Source: the human T2T-CHM13v2.0 reference genome, Homo sapiens
NCBI RefSeq assembly: GCF_009914755.1
Contig: NC_060944.1
Direction: 5' to 3' (one strand)
Length of the DNA stretch: 64,000 nt
Shown in pieces: positions 39,294 through 55,187 of the stretch (the stretch's first letter is position 1; every line of letters begins with the position of its first letter). Under the pieces are notes generated by a model. It was not told the DNA's origin and did no database searches. It was given only the letters and a program-made list of their open reading frames with translations. Made by a program: the position numbers and the translations under genes.

Positions 39294-39887
39294 GTTTTTA
39301 TCTGGAGCTGTTTCTCTGGATAAGTTAAGTACGATGGGGTCTGTCTCTTCAAAATAATCCTCTAATCCATGGTTTGATAAGTGCACACTGGGCTGCAGGT
39401 CTTTGGGAACAGGTCAGAGGAAAGGGCCAGAAAAATGGCCCCACTGTTCATGATGAAAAATTTCAAAGAATCCCCCTATAGTTGGCCCTCGGGCTGGTCT
39501 GCACCCTCTTCTGTGTGTACAGAATCCTAAAATAGCTTGGTTCAATGTCTCCAGAGAATAAACTGACCTCCTGCCTTTGGGGAGAGGGAAACCTGGGATC
39601 AGGGAGGCACCCACTGAATCCTCTATCAGACTGTCTTTCAGCACTGCCCTTGGGGTATCGTGCCTTGGCCCAAGGGCTATTGTGGGTTTCTGCAGGATGC
39701 ACCAGCTGACTTCTTGCTGCTACTCTCCTCCATAGCCACTTAGTTTATGTTTTTTTCTGCCTTTCTGCCTAGGTATGTTACCACCAGTTCATCCACAAAT
39801 TCTCATAGGGAGAGAATTTAGACTGGCAGATATTCAGCCTCAGAGAAGGCTATTTGTAGATATTAGCTGTTTCTCTTCTAAAGCATC

Positions 39888-40251
39888 TGTGTTAGTCCGT
39901 TCTCACACTGGTATAAAGAAATACCCAAGACTGGGTAATTTATAAAGAAAAGAGGTTTCATTGACTCACAGCTCTACATGGCTGGGGAGGCCTCAGGAAA
40001 CTTGCAATCATGGCAGAAGGCACCTCTTCACAAGGCAGCAGGAGAGAGAATGAGTGCCAGCAGGGGAAATGCCAAATGCTTATACAACCATCAGATCTTG
40101 TGAGAACTCATTCAATATTGTGAGAACAGCATGGGGGAAACTTCCCCCGTGATTCAATTTCCTCCCACTAGATCCCTCCCATGACACTTGGGAATTATTG
40201 GAACTACAATTTAAGGAGAGATTTGGGTGGGGATATAGCCAAACCACATCA
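39888..40251 (-). mobile_element. THE1C/D-type solo LTR
   Basis: tgtgttagtccgttctcacactg...gactgggtaatttataaagaaaagaggtt...ccatcagatcttgtgagaact...gatttgggtgggga...gccaaaccacatca. Confidence 0.9.
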
Positions 40252-40744
40252 ACATTATTCTAGGAATGGCTTCTTCTTTATGTTCTTTGTACTTATTATG
40301 TTTTGTTTATTTCTTTACCATCATCACAGTCATTTGGAGAGGAAGTGAAGACAAAGGTTTGGGGTCAGTCTGCCATGTTTCATCAGAGGCTCACATAGAA
40401 TTTACTCTGCACAGTCCCACAGTCCCTTCTACCCACTAAAAAAATGACCTCAGCTTACTGGTATCCAAGCCTATATAACAAATTCTAACAGAGGGGCTGA
40501 ATTTCAGATTCTTTTGGTATTGGGTATTTCTGTTCACATTTTTTAGCATAAGGCAAGTGCTTTTTGCCTTGGAGAATTTCATTATTTAATAATCAGCTTC
40601 CCTCAAAATTCTCTTTCTACTATAACCTGGAAAGAACTCAAGAACTTTAATTGTATACCACATTCTAAAAATCTTCCTTGCAAGCATAGATGTTGTATAC
40701 CTCCTGCTCAGGACCACCCCTTTTTATTATTGTAAATTTAAATA

Positions 40745-41505
<761 letters not shown>

Positions 41506-43216
41506 GCTATGTCTCTTTGAAGAGTCGTCCCCTTTTTTATTTTTGCAAGATGACAAATGATTGCAATGGCCGGAGCCTATCCATAGATGCGTAGATACTT
41601 CTCTGTATGTTTGTGAAAACACATCCTCAATTAAAGACAAAAGCCAGCTTGTCCTCTGCTCCCCCCTACATCCTTCCTCCTCAGATAAAACAATTGTCTC
41701 CTCTTCTCAGAAACCAAGTCTCTGACCTCATGACAATAGGCTTTTTCTACAAGAAAGCAGGCCCATGTTAGGCAGTCTCTTGGGGGGTCGAAAGGGCCAA
41801 ACGTGTACTTAGATGTGGATTTCACAGAGCGATTAGGTATGTGGATGTGTTTGTTTGCACTAAGCCACATGTTCTGGCATGAAGAGCTGAAGATGGCACA
41901 TTACAGACCTGGCGCAGTGTGCAGAGGAGTGAAGGCACCCTGCTTTGGTCTCCTTTGTACCCTGGGCAGATCTGTTTTCAATTGTGTGGGACGTGGAGAG
42001 CATTTCTTGGCAATTCCCCCACCCCCAGGCTCTTCAGGGGACTAATGAAATAAGTGTGCAGAAAGTTCTGCATGCTCCTTGGAAGAAAGAAAAAGCCTGA
42101 TGCTGAATGATTGCCGCTTCTCATGATGCCAACCACCTCTCCCTGAGCCACATCCGCAGAGCCTCAGTTTCTACGGATGGGAGGAAACCATGAGCTCTAA
42201 GTAAAGGAGTGGATTTTCCTTTAGCACTAGCCAACGTGGATGTGAAAGCCTGCAGGAAAACCACAACACCGCCTTCACCGACTCAGCAGCCCCAGGAGCG
42301 CATTTCCCCTTCACTGCACACCCTGGAGCCGCTGGTTCCCTAACCACTGCCAGCTTGCATAGGCTGTGGCTCTTTTTTTTCTTCATTTCCTTCATTTCAC
42401 TGAAAGAAGTTGTGGCATATGAATATTTGGGGTGTCCTTTTACTCTTTGGCCTGGTTTATTACTATTCCACACACCTTCAGTTTATACCAAGAGGAATAA
42501 GCAGAATAGTTCTCAAGTTATTCCTGGAATTATATACAAAATTTAGATGGTTTTGAATGTCCTGGTCGTGGTGGACCCACTTAGTTTGAATTCAATGATC
42601 ACTGACTACAAGAGCACCACTTGTTCGTGGTGAAAATTATAAACTACAAACAGATTAAAAGGAGCTGGAATCCAATCTCCGGTTCATTCACTCATTCACT
42701 CATTCACGTAAGATAAGCTGAGCTTGCCTACTTGTTCAGCAAAACTGAGGGCCCTGAGGACAAAGAAGAGAGGGGCAGGCAGCCCTGTAGAGGTTATTTT
42801 AAAGAAGACCAAGCAGGGGACAGTGCGTGGGGCACAACGCATGAAACAGTTAACATTCAGGCTCCACACACTGCTTCCAGAAACACACCCAGGAAAAGGT
42901 GAGGCCCACTGCTGAGTTAACAGTTGGCCCACTTACAGAAAGACTCGGGGTTACTTTTATAAAGAAAGCAGAGAGGCTATATCCCTTCCAAACAAATCCC
43001 AGATGGGCTGAGACCCTTTTCTGTAAAATAAACATGCCCAGAACTTAGGAAGTGCAAGGGGAAGCATTTACAGGGAGATCTGAAGCTGCCAAGAGTGAGG
43101 GGGAGCAGTGAGCTGAGGACCACATCACCCTGAGCTATCTGACGGTGGCCTGTGTGCTGGCCTCTTTTGTGAAAATCGCTGTGCCACTAGAATTTGGAAC
43201 TCACTTTGGACACTAG

Positions 43217-43537
<321 letters not shown>

Positions 43538-43771
43538 CCAGGATCTGTTTTTAATGCTCTAGGATGGTCACCTGTAAGACATGAGATTTGTTTGTAATTT
43601 TATTAAAAGTATATATCAAGCTACTGCCATGACATGTGCTTTTCATTTCAGTGGTTGGGGTACCCATTTATATTATAATAAGCAAATAAACAGTATACAA
43701 TGCAAAGGAAAGTGTGTATATGTGCGAGTCATGTGATCATGTTTGGGTGTATGTATGTTTGTGGGAATAGT

Positions 43772-43963
43772 AGAGTTTCCAGGTTTAGCAAATAAAAGGA
43801 CATTCAGTTAAATTCGAATTTCCAATAAACAACAAATAGATTTTTAGTATAAGTAATGTCTCAAATGTTGCATGGGACATATCTATACTCAAAAAGTATT
43901 CATCGTTTAACTGAAATTCAATTTAACTGCGCATCTTATACCTGGATTTTACCTGGCAATCCT
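43772..43963. mobile_element. MER53 palindromic non-autonomous DNA transposon
   Basis: Ends agagtttccagg / cctggcaatcct; mirrored internal cagttaaattcgaattt / aaattcaatttaactg; centre tttttagtataagtaatgtctca...tgggacatatctatactcaaaaa. Confidence 0.88.
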
Positions 43964-44417
43964 CATCAGTGTGAGTGTGTGGAGTTGTGTCAGCGTTGTG
44001 TGAGTGTGTGAGTGTGTGCATGCACATGGCAGAGCCGGGGGAGGGCAGGGGGGCCTATGTGAGGAACGTGGGTGAAGGTGCCACTGCCAATCTGAAAGAT
44101 GTAGCCTGACCTCATTCTTCATCCTGTCCTCCAGAAAGAAACAAGACCAATCACAAATCACACATTGTAAGTTGTGATAATTTCCAAAGGTTTTACACAT
44201 ATTAAAAGTATAAACTTTGAAAACATTTATGACTTTGATAATTTTTTATCAGCATCAGGAAACATCTGGTCTAGTGAATTTTCAGCTCAGGGATTGACTG
44301 ACTCTGAAAGACTTTTCCCCCAGACTCAGAGTCCCTGAAACATCACTTCCTCTCTTACTGCATATATGAATAACTATTTTTAAATAATAACTTTCACTTC
44401 ATTAATTTAACGCCTGG

Positions 44418-44655
44418 AGCTGGATGCAGTGGCTCATACCTATAATTCCAGCATTTTGGGAGGTTGAGGCAGGAGGATTGCTTAAGGCCAGGAGTTTGAG
44501 ATCAACCTGGGCAACACAGTGAGGCATAGTCTCTACAAAAAATAGGCTGTGGTGGGAGGATTGCTGAAGCTCAAGAGGCCAAGCCTACAGTGAGCCATGA
44601 TCACACCACTGTACTCCAGCCTGGGACATAGAGAAAGACCCTGTCTCAAAAAAAA
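44418..44655 (+). mobile_element. AluJ with internal deletion
   Basis: gcagtggctcatacctataattccagca...ggaggattgctt...gtgagccatgatcacaccactgtactccagcctggg...A tail. Confidence 0.88.
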
Positions 44656-45290
44656 ATAATAATTCAATACATGAGAAAATTATTTAAAAAAATCTAAAAT
44701 GCAGTGGCTGCATTATGCAAGGAAAAATATTTATAAAATAGAAAACAATTGCAAATACTTAAGTGTCCTAAGAAAGGATGCCGAGTTCATTATGGTCCAG
44801 TCACACAATGAAATAGTATGCCCTCAGTAAAGCAATGTTCATGAGAGCTTTGTTCTGTGCAGACTAAAAGCAAACTGAAAAACGACAGGCAAAAATGCAC
44901 TCACAAAATTATTTGTCTGTGCATATGAAGTGTATGAAAATGCTGGTAGAGAAAGAAAAAAGCATGTATTGTTACTAAGGTAAAAAAAAAAATGACATGC
45001 AGTAAAATTTTGGTAGAATTTTGTGTGTGTGTGAGTTTAAAATAATTTTTTGGTCTTTTCATGCTTTTTATTTATTTTTATTATTATTATACTTTAAGTT
45101 TTAGGGTACATGTGCACAATGTGCAGGTTTGTTACATATGTATACATGCACCATGTTGGTGTGCTGCACCCATTAACTCATCATTTAGCATTAGGTATAT
45201 CTCCTAATGCTATCCCTCCCTGCTCCCCCCACCCCACAACAGGCCCCGGTGTGTGATGTTCCCTTTCCTGTGACCATGTGTTCTCATTGT

Positions 45291-49114
<3,824 letters not shown>

Positions 49115-49177
49115 TATGATGTTAGCTGGTTATTTTGCTCATTAGTTGATGCAGTTTCTTCCTAGCCTTGATGGTCT

Positions 49178-50175
49178 TTACAATTTGGCATGTTTTTGCA
49201 GTGGCTGGTACCGGTTCTTCCTTTCCATGTTTAGTGCTTCGTTCAGGAGCTCTTTTAGGGCAGGCCTGGTGGTGACAAAATCTCTCAGCATTTGCTTGTC
49301 TGTAAAGTATTTTATTTCTCCTTCATGTATGAAGCTTAGTTTGGCTGGAAAATTCTTTTCTTTAAGAATGTTGAATATTGGCCCCCACTCTCTTCTGGCT
49401 TGTAGAGTTTCTGCTGAGAGGTCAGCTGTTAGTCTGATGGGCTTCCCTTTGTGGGTAACCCAGCCTTTCTCTCTTGCTGGCCTTAACATTTTTTCCTTCA
49501 TTTCAACTTTGGTGAATCTGAGAATTATGTGTCTTGGAGTCGCTTTTCTCGAGGAGTATTTTTGTGGCATTCTCTGTATTTCCTGAATCTGAATGTTGGC
49601 CTGCCTTGTTAGGTTGGGGAAGTTCTCCTGGATAATATCCTGCAGAGTGTTTTCCAACTTGGTTCCATTCTCCCCGTCACTTTCAGGTACGCCAATTAGA
49701 CGTAGATTTGGTCTTTTCACATAGTCCCATATTTCTTGGAGGCTTTGTTCATTTCTTTTTATTCTTTTTTCTCTAAACTTCTCTTCACAGTTCATTTCAT
49801 TCATTTCGTCTTCCATCACTGATACCCTTTCTTCCAGTTGATCTCGTCAATTACTGAGGCTTGTGCATTCATCACGTAGTTCTTGTGCCTCAGTTTTCAG
49901 CTCCATCAGGTCCTTTAAGGACTTCTTTGCATTGGTTATTCTAGTTATCCATTCATCTAATTCTTTTTCAAAGTTTTTAACTTCTTTGCCATTGGTTCGA
50001 ATTTCCTCCTTAGCTTGGAGTAGTTTGATCCTCTGAAGCCTTCCTCTCTCAACTCGTCAAAGTCCTTCTCTGTCCAGCTTTGTTCCATTGCTGGTGAGGA
50101 GCTGCGTTCCTTTGGAGGAGGAGAGGCGCTCTGATTTTTAGAGTTTCCGGTTTTTCTGCTCTGTTTTTTCCCCAT
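49178..50175 (-). pseudogene. L1 ORF1, frameshifted, with a 6-codon in-frame deletion
   Basis: Pieces 49957-50175 and 49178-49819; ILKEKNF|PAKLSF lacks the canonical QPRISY. Confidence 0.93.
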
Positions 50176-50750
50176 CTTTGTGGTTTTATCTACCTTTGGT
50201 CTTTGATGATGGTGACATACAGATGGGTTTTTGGTGTGGATGTCCTTTCTGTTTGTTAATTTTCCTTCTATCAGTCAGGACTCTCAGCTGCAGGTCTGTT
50301 GGAGTTTACTGGATGTCCACTCCAGACCCTGTTTGCCTGGGTATCAGCAGCAGTGGCTGCAGAGCAGCGGTTATTGGTAAAATGCAAATGCTGCTGCCTG
50401 ATCGTTCCTCTGGAAGTTTTGTCTCAGAGGAGTACCCAGCTGTGTGAGGTGTCAGTCCGCCCCTACTGGGGGGTGCCTCCCAGTTAGGCTACTCAGGAGT
50501 CAGGGACCCACTTGGGGAGGCAGTCTGCCCGTTCTCAGATCTCAAGCTGCGTGCTGGGAGAACCACTACTCTCTTCAAAGCTGTCAGACGGGGACATTTA
50601 AGTCTGTAGAGTTTATTTCTGTCTTTTGTTTGTCTGTGCCCTGCCCCCAGAGGTGGAGCCTACAGAGGCAGACAGGCCTCCTTGAGCTGTGATGGGCTCC
50701 ACCCAGTTCGAGCTTCCCGGCCACTTTGTTTACCTACTCAAGCCTTAGCA

Positions 50751-51014
50751 ATGATGGGCACCCCTCCCCCAGCCTCGCTGCTGCCTTGCAGTTCAATCTC
50801 AGACTGCTGTGCTAGCAATGAGCGAGGCTCCGTGGGCATAGGACCCTCCGAGCCAGGTGCAGGATATAATCTCCTGGTGTGCCGTTTGTTAAGCCCATTG
50901 GAAAAGCGCAGTATTAGGGTTGGAGTGACCCGATTTTCCAGGTGCTGTCTGTCACCCCTTTCTTTGACTAGGAAAGGGAATTCCCTGACCCCTTGTGCTT
51001 CCCGGGTGAGGTGA
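50751..51014 (+). CDS. L1 antisense ORF0-like open reading frame (87 aa); expression unknown
   Basis: MMGTPPPASLLPCSSISDCCASNERGSVGIGPSEPGAGYNLLVCRLLSPLEKRSIRVGVTRFSRC... matches recalled ORF0p MAGAPPPASLPPCSLISDCCASNQRDSVGVGPSEPG...RVGVTRFSRC. Confidence 0.6.
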   Translation: MMGTPPPASLLPCSSISDCCASNERGSVGIGPSEPGAGYNLLVCRLLSPLEKRSIRVGVTRFSRCCLSPLSLTRKGNSLTPCASRVR

Positions 51015-51651
51015 TGCCTTGCCCTGCTTTGGCTCACTCACAGTGCGCTGCACCCACTGTCCTGCACCCACTGTCTGGCACTCCCCAGTGAGATGAACAT
51101 GGTACCTCTGTTGGAAATGCAGAAATCACCCATCTTTTGTGTCGCTCACGCTGGGAGCTGTAGACTGGAGCTGTTCCTATTTGGCCATCTTGGCTCCACC
51201 CCTTTTTATGCTTTTTATAATAAATATGTATTACTTTCAAAATTGGAGATAAAATTTTGGAAGCAAAATAAGCATACAGAAAAATATGCTTTCCATTGTT
51301 GTGCTATGGGTAGCAGGCCGCTGAGACCTGGATCCCTGACACCATGTTCAGCTAGAGCTTCATGGGAAGCCCTGGGAGTTCTTGTAGAGACAGAAGCCAA
51401 GACTGGCTGTCACACCTCTGACCCTGAAAAAAATGTTTCATGGACTTCTACGGCAGCAAGTCAGATGCCCTGGGGTCTACCTGCCAGCACTGGGACAGTG
51501 CCTAGCAGCAGGGGCACAGTCAGTGTTTAGGCCATGGACTTGAGAGACAAATGTCCTGCTTTTGGCTAGTGATGGCTAAGTGGTGGCTGTCACCCTTGCA
51601 TGTGGGCTAGCATTGGCTTATGGAACTTCAGTCAAACATACAAGTCCACAT

Positions 51652-51728
51652 GCCCTGGGAGAAGGACCTAGAAATCAGACCAGCCCCTCAGCCCTGGGAG
51701 AAGGACCTAGAAATCAGACCAGCCCCTC
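51652..51728. repeat. Perfect tandem duplication, 39-bp period
   Basis: gccctgggagaaggacctagaaatcagaccagcccctc at 51652 and 51691. Confidence 0.95.
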
Positions 51729-52189
51729 GGAACTATTGAAGTGAAGGATTTATTTCCATTGGCTCTCTCACCTATTCCTTCATGTTCTTGTATATACAAC
51801 TCTAGCTTGTTGGCTTCTGTGTCTCCCATTTCTTTGTTTTCCTCCTGCCTTAATGCAGAAGTGCACTTGAAGATGGGTGTGTTTGCTCCAAGATAGTCCA
51901 TGAGATCTCTGAGCCATGGGATAGTCAAAGGAAGAGCAGAAGCCTGGGGCTGTGTGGGTGTCTGGGCCCAAGGGAGGGTTTATGCAGAGCAGTAAAAACA
52001 ACTGACCCTTCAGAATCGGTGAGCTTAAAAGTGACTATCTTAAAAATCAAAAGGAGAATATTGTATTATATTAAACTCTGCCATAGGGCATGGCTCCATG
52101 TACACAGATCTGGGTATACTACTTGTGGAAGTCACTTTCTGTCTTGTCAACATCCATTCTTCCCTCCCCTATTTCAGAAGGCTTTGGCG

Positions 52190-52600
52190 GTGGGGCCTGA
52201 CTGGTCTCAGTCCTTGAGGACACCCATCCCACCCCATCCTGCCTCTCCCATGGTGATTCTCTCCATAAATCCTGGTTCAAGAACAGACACATAACCCAGT
52301 TTGGTCAAAGAGACATGAGATCTGGGCCCCTGGAAAAGACACTCTCCTCTTTGGATGGTGAGGCATGTGAGTGTGAAGGTCAGAACTGCTGCAGCCACGC
52401 AGTGAGGGAAGCCAGCGGGCCCTGGGATGAAGCTGGCAGGATAGATGATGTCTTAGATCCAGTTGTTAAACCAACATGGAAGGGCCTTCTGATCTCTGGG
52501 CTTTCTAGGTGTTTCTTATGGTTTCTAGAAACAATGTTTCTTTTATTGTTCAAACTGGTTTGCATGGAGTTTTCAGTCATTTACACAGAAAACCTCTTAA
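52190..52600 (+). mobile_element. Old MaLR LTR (MLT1J/K-like)
   Basis: gacacataacccagtttggtcaaagagacatgag...gaactgctgcagccac...ttgtgttcaaact-like end with ttttcagtcatttac. Confidence 0.45.
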
Positions 52601-54929
52601 TTGGTTTCCACAGGGGTTATATTTTCCACAAGCATCAGTGAGAATAATGAATGTGTTGGATAAATAATAAGAATTGGGAAATTGCTGGAAAATCTAGGGT
52701 CTCTAGTTGTCAGAGAAACAAAAGGAAAGACATGAGATATGTGTCCAATTAAAGAGTAATCTAAGTCCCCAAGTTCAAAACCAGGGAATTCTGGCTGGGT
52801 GATAACATGATTACTTCACAAATTTTAACAAAACCTATAGCCAATTAGGCCTCAATTACCACAAATAATTTAGTCCAGCAGTCTGTAGGAATAAACACCA
52901 AGACACATTTTTTTACTGCCTTTTTCACTTGACACTTTAAATAACACTAAGGGAAACATGAGATCAATTGTAAAGAAATGTGGCCCAGGTTGAATAGCCA
53001 ATTAAGAAAATATTCATGTGACCCATTTTAGGAAAACCTGATACTTGAATATCCTTCCATCTAGAAAAACTAATAGTTTAGGAGTAATTTTTAATACAGC
53101 ATATCTTCTTAAAAGCAATTCAATAGAGGGTTTAAAAGATGAGCCACGAAAATGAACTGAAACAAATGAAATGTTGGTTCCAAGAAATCTCCAATTTTCA
53201 AATTTCATGTTTATCAACTAGGATGCCTTCACTGCAAGCAAAGAGGACTTTTCACACAGGCACAAACAGTAAGACAACGTATTACATTTGTTAAGAGGAC
53301 GTTTAGGGTGCTGTGGGGTTCTGGGCTGTGATTCAGCCGCTGGCGATGCTGGCAGGAAAGGTCCTCCCTCCCTCTGCTTGGCCATCCTCAGTGGCTACAT
53401 CTGCTCCCCTTGTAGTTGTGAGATGGCTTCAGGAGTTCTGGGTCTCAAACCCAGACATTTGACATCCAGGGAACAGGACAGAAACAGACCATCTCTTCAC
53501 AGGATTCCTTAAGAATGAGGGAAGCTTTTCCAGAGGGTTCTGCAGCCATCTGTTTTTGACATGTTGGTCAGCACTAGGTCAGATCCCACCCCCAGCCCAT
53601 TGCCAGGACTTTGTGACTACAAGATCTGCACAGCCTGGACCAGCCACGGGAAGGGGTGGAGTTGTGAGTTGTGGCCTCTGGGTCACCTAGGAAATGAGTG
53701 GATACCTGAACAAAACCAAAGTTTGATCAGGAATCTATTCTAGTTACATTGTTCTAGATTAGCAGTTTCTGAAGACATATGAATTCAGTTCTGGCTTGAA
53801 TTGATTGGCTAAGAATTTAAAACACTTTTAAATTCAGATGAGAGTGTCAAGGTCAGATGAATTTAGGGGCTAGCAATTAGGGCAATTTTTTCCAGATGTT
53901 ACTTCAGTTTTAGTCTGCTGTTTCAAATATACGGTAATTTACTTTGTAGACATGCTGAACACACAACTTTTGAGCATCAATGTATCGTGAAAATAAGGAT
54001 TACTTATGCTTGCTTTGGATAGTATTCTGACAGAAAAATATAGATGTACTCCAATGGTAGTACTGAGAGGTGCTTTGGAAGTCGAATTTCTGTTGCTTCT
54101 TATAAAGTATTAAAATGTCATTTTAAATATGCCATTCTTTATATCTGATATTAAAATTTCCATAAAGACATGATAATTAAATTTTATAGGTAACTGAAGA
54201 ATACAATTAATGCAATTCCAAACATGTAGTAATTAGTTTGATTGACATCAAATATGGAAAAAAGAAAAGTTGAACTTCTTGTGTCTAAACGTATTTTGGG
54301 AATAATCCCCATAAAAAAATTCAACCTTCTCAAAACAGCCTATTTTAACCTAATTTGGTGAATATAGATTTGTATGATAATGCTATGTTGTTTATCTTGA
54401 GGTATTTGGGGATGTGACCAGTTTTAGCCAACTCCCAAATAAAAATTAATCCAAATAGCATTTCTGGCAGTTTCCGAAATTGTTAAGCTGATTTGTCCTG
54501 CTGCAGCTTGTCATGATGACCATGATAACTGAGGCAGGTCAAATGGCTTCTTTATATTCTATTTTAGTTGTGAAAGACGTTATTTGGCCAGATGTTTCTA
54601 GAACCCAAACTTAGACTTGAAGAACACTTCCACCATCACCATTGTTGCTTCCTTGTTTGTCCATTTCTCTGGCAAAGGGAATTTCATTGCTGATCCTGCA
54701 ATATTCTGAAAGGCTGATTTGCTGCTATGCCTGTGGAAAAATAACAATTTTATGTGCATTCTCATCTGTAACCCATAGGTGATATTCAAATTGTTCCTAT
54801 CTGAGAAACTCTAAGGAGCTGGCCTTTCTCTAACAAGTCCTTTGGTGCAGTGGGGAAGGAATGCTGAGGTTTTGCAGCCTCGTGCTGCTGTGTGGGTTGA
54901 TTCCAGTGGGCCTCTGCTTTGGTGCCCAA

Positions 54930-55080
54930 GACAACCACGTCGGCATCACCTGGGAACACACTAGAAATGAAAGTCCTGGGGCTGCCCAAGAGCCATCTGG
55001 GCCTGGCCCACCCATCTGTCTGCTAAGGAGTCCTCAGGGGGATCCTGATGCCCTCTCAAATTTGAGATCCACTGGTTTAG
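54930..55080. mobile_element. MER5-type fragment
   Basis: cggcatcacctgggaacacactagaaatgaaagtcctgggg...ggggatcctgatgc...aaatttgagatccactg. Confidence 0.7.
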
Positions 55081-55150
55081 ATTATTTTTTATTATTTCTC
55101 CCCTCAAAGAGCTGCAATTTGATAATAGTGAAAAATGGGTCTATATTAAT

Positions 55151-55151
<1 letters not shown>

Positions 55152-55185
<34 letters not shown>
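55152..55185. repeat. (GT)17 microsatellite
   Basis: Uninterrupted GT repeat. Confidence 0.97.
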
Positions 55186-55187
<2 letters not shown>

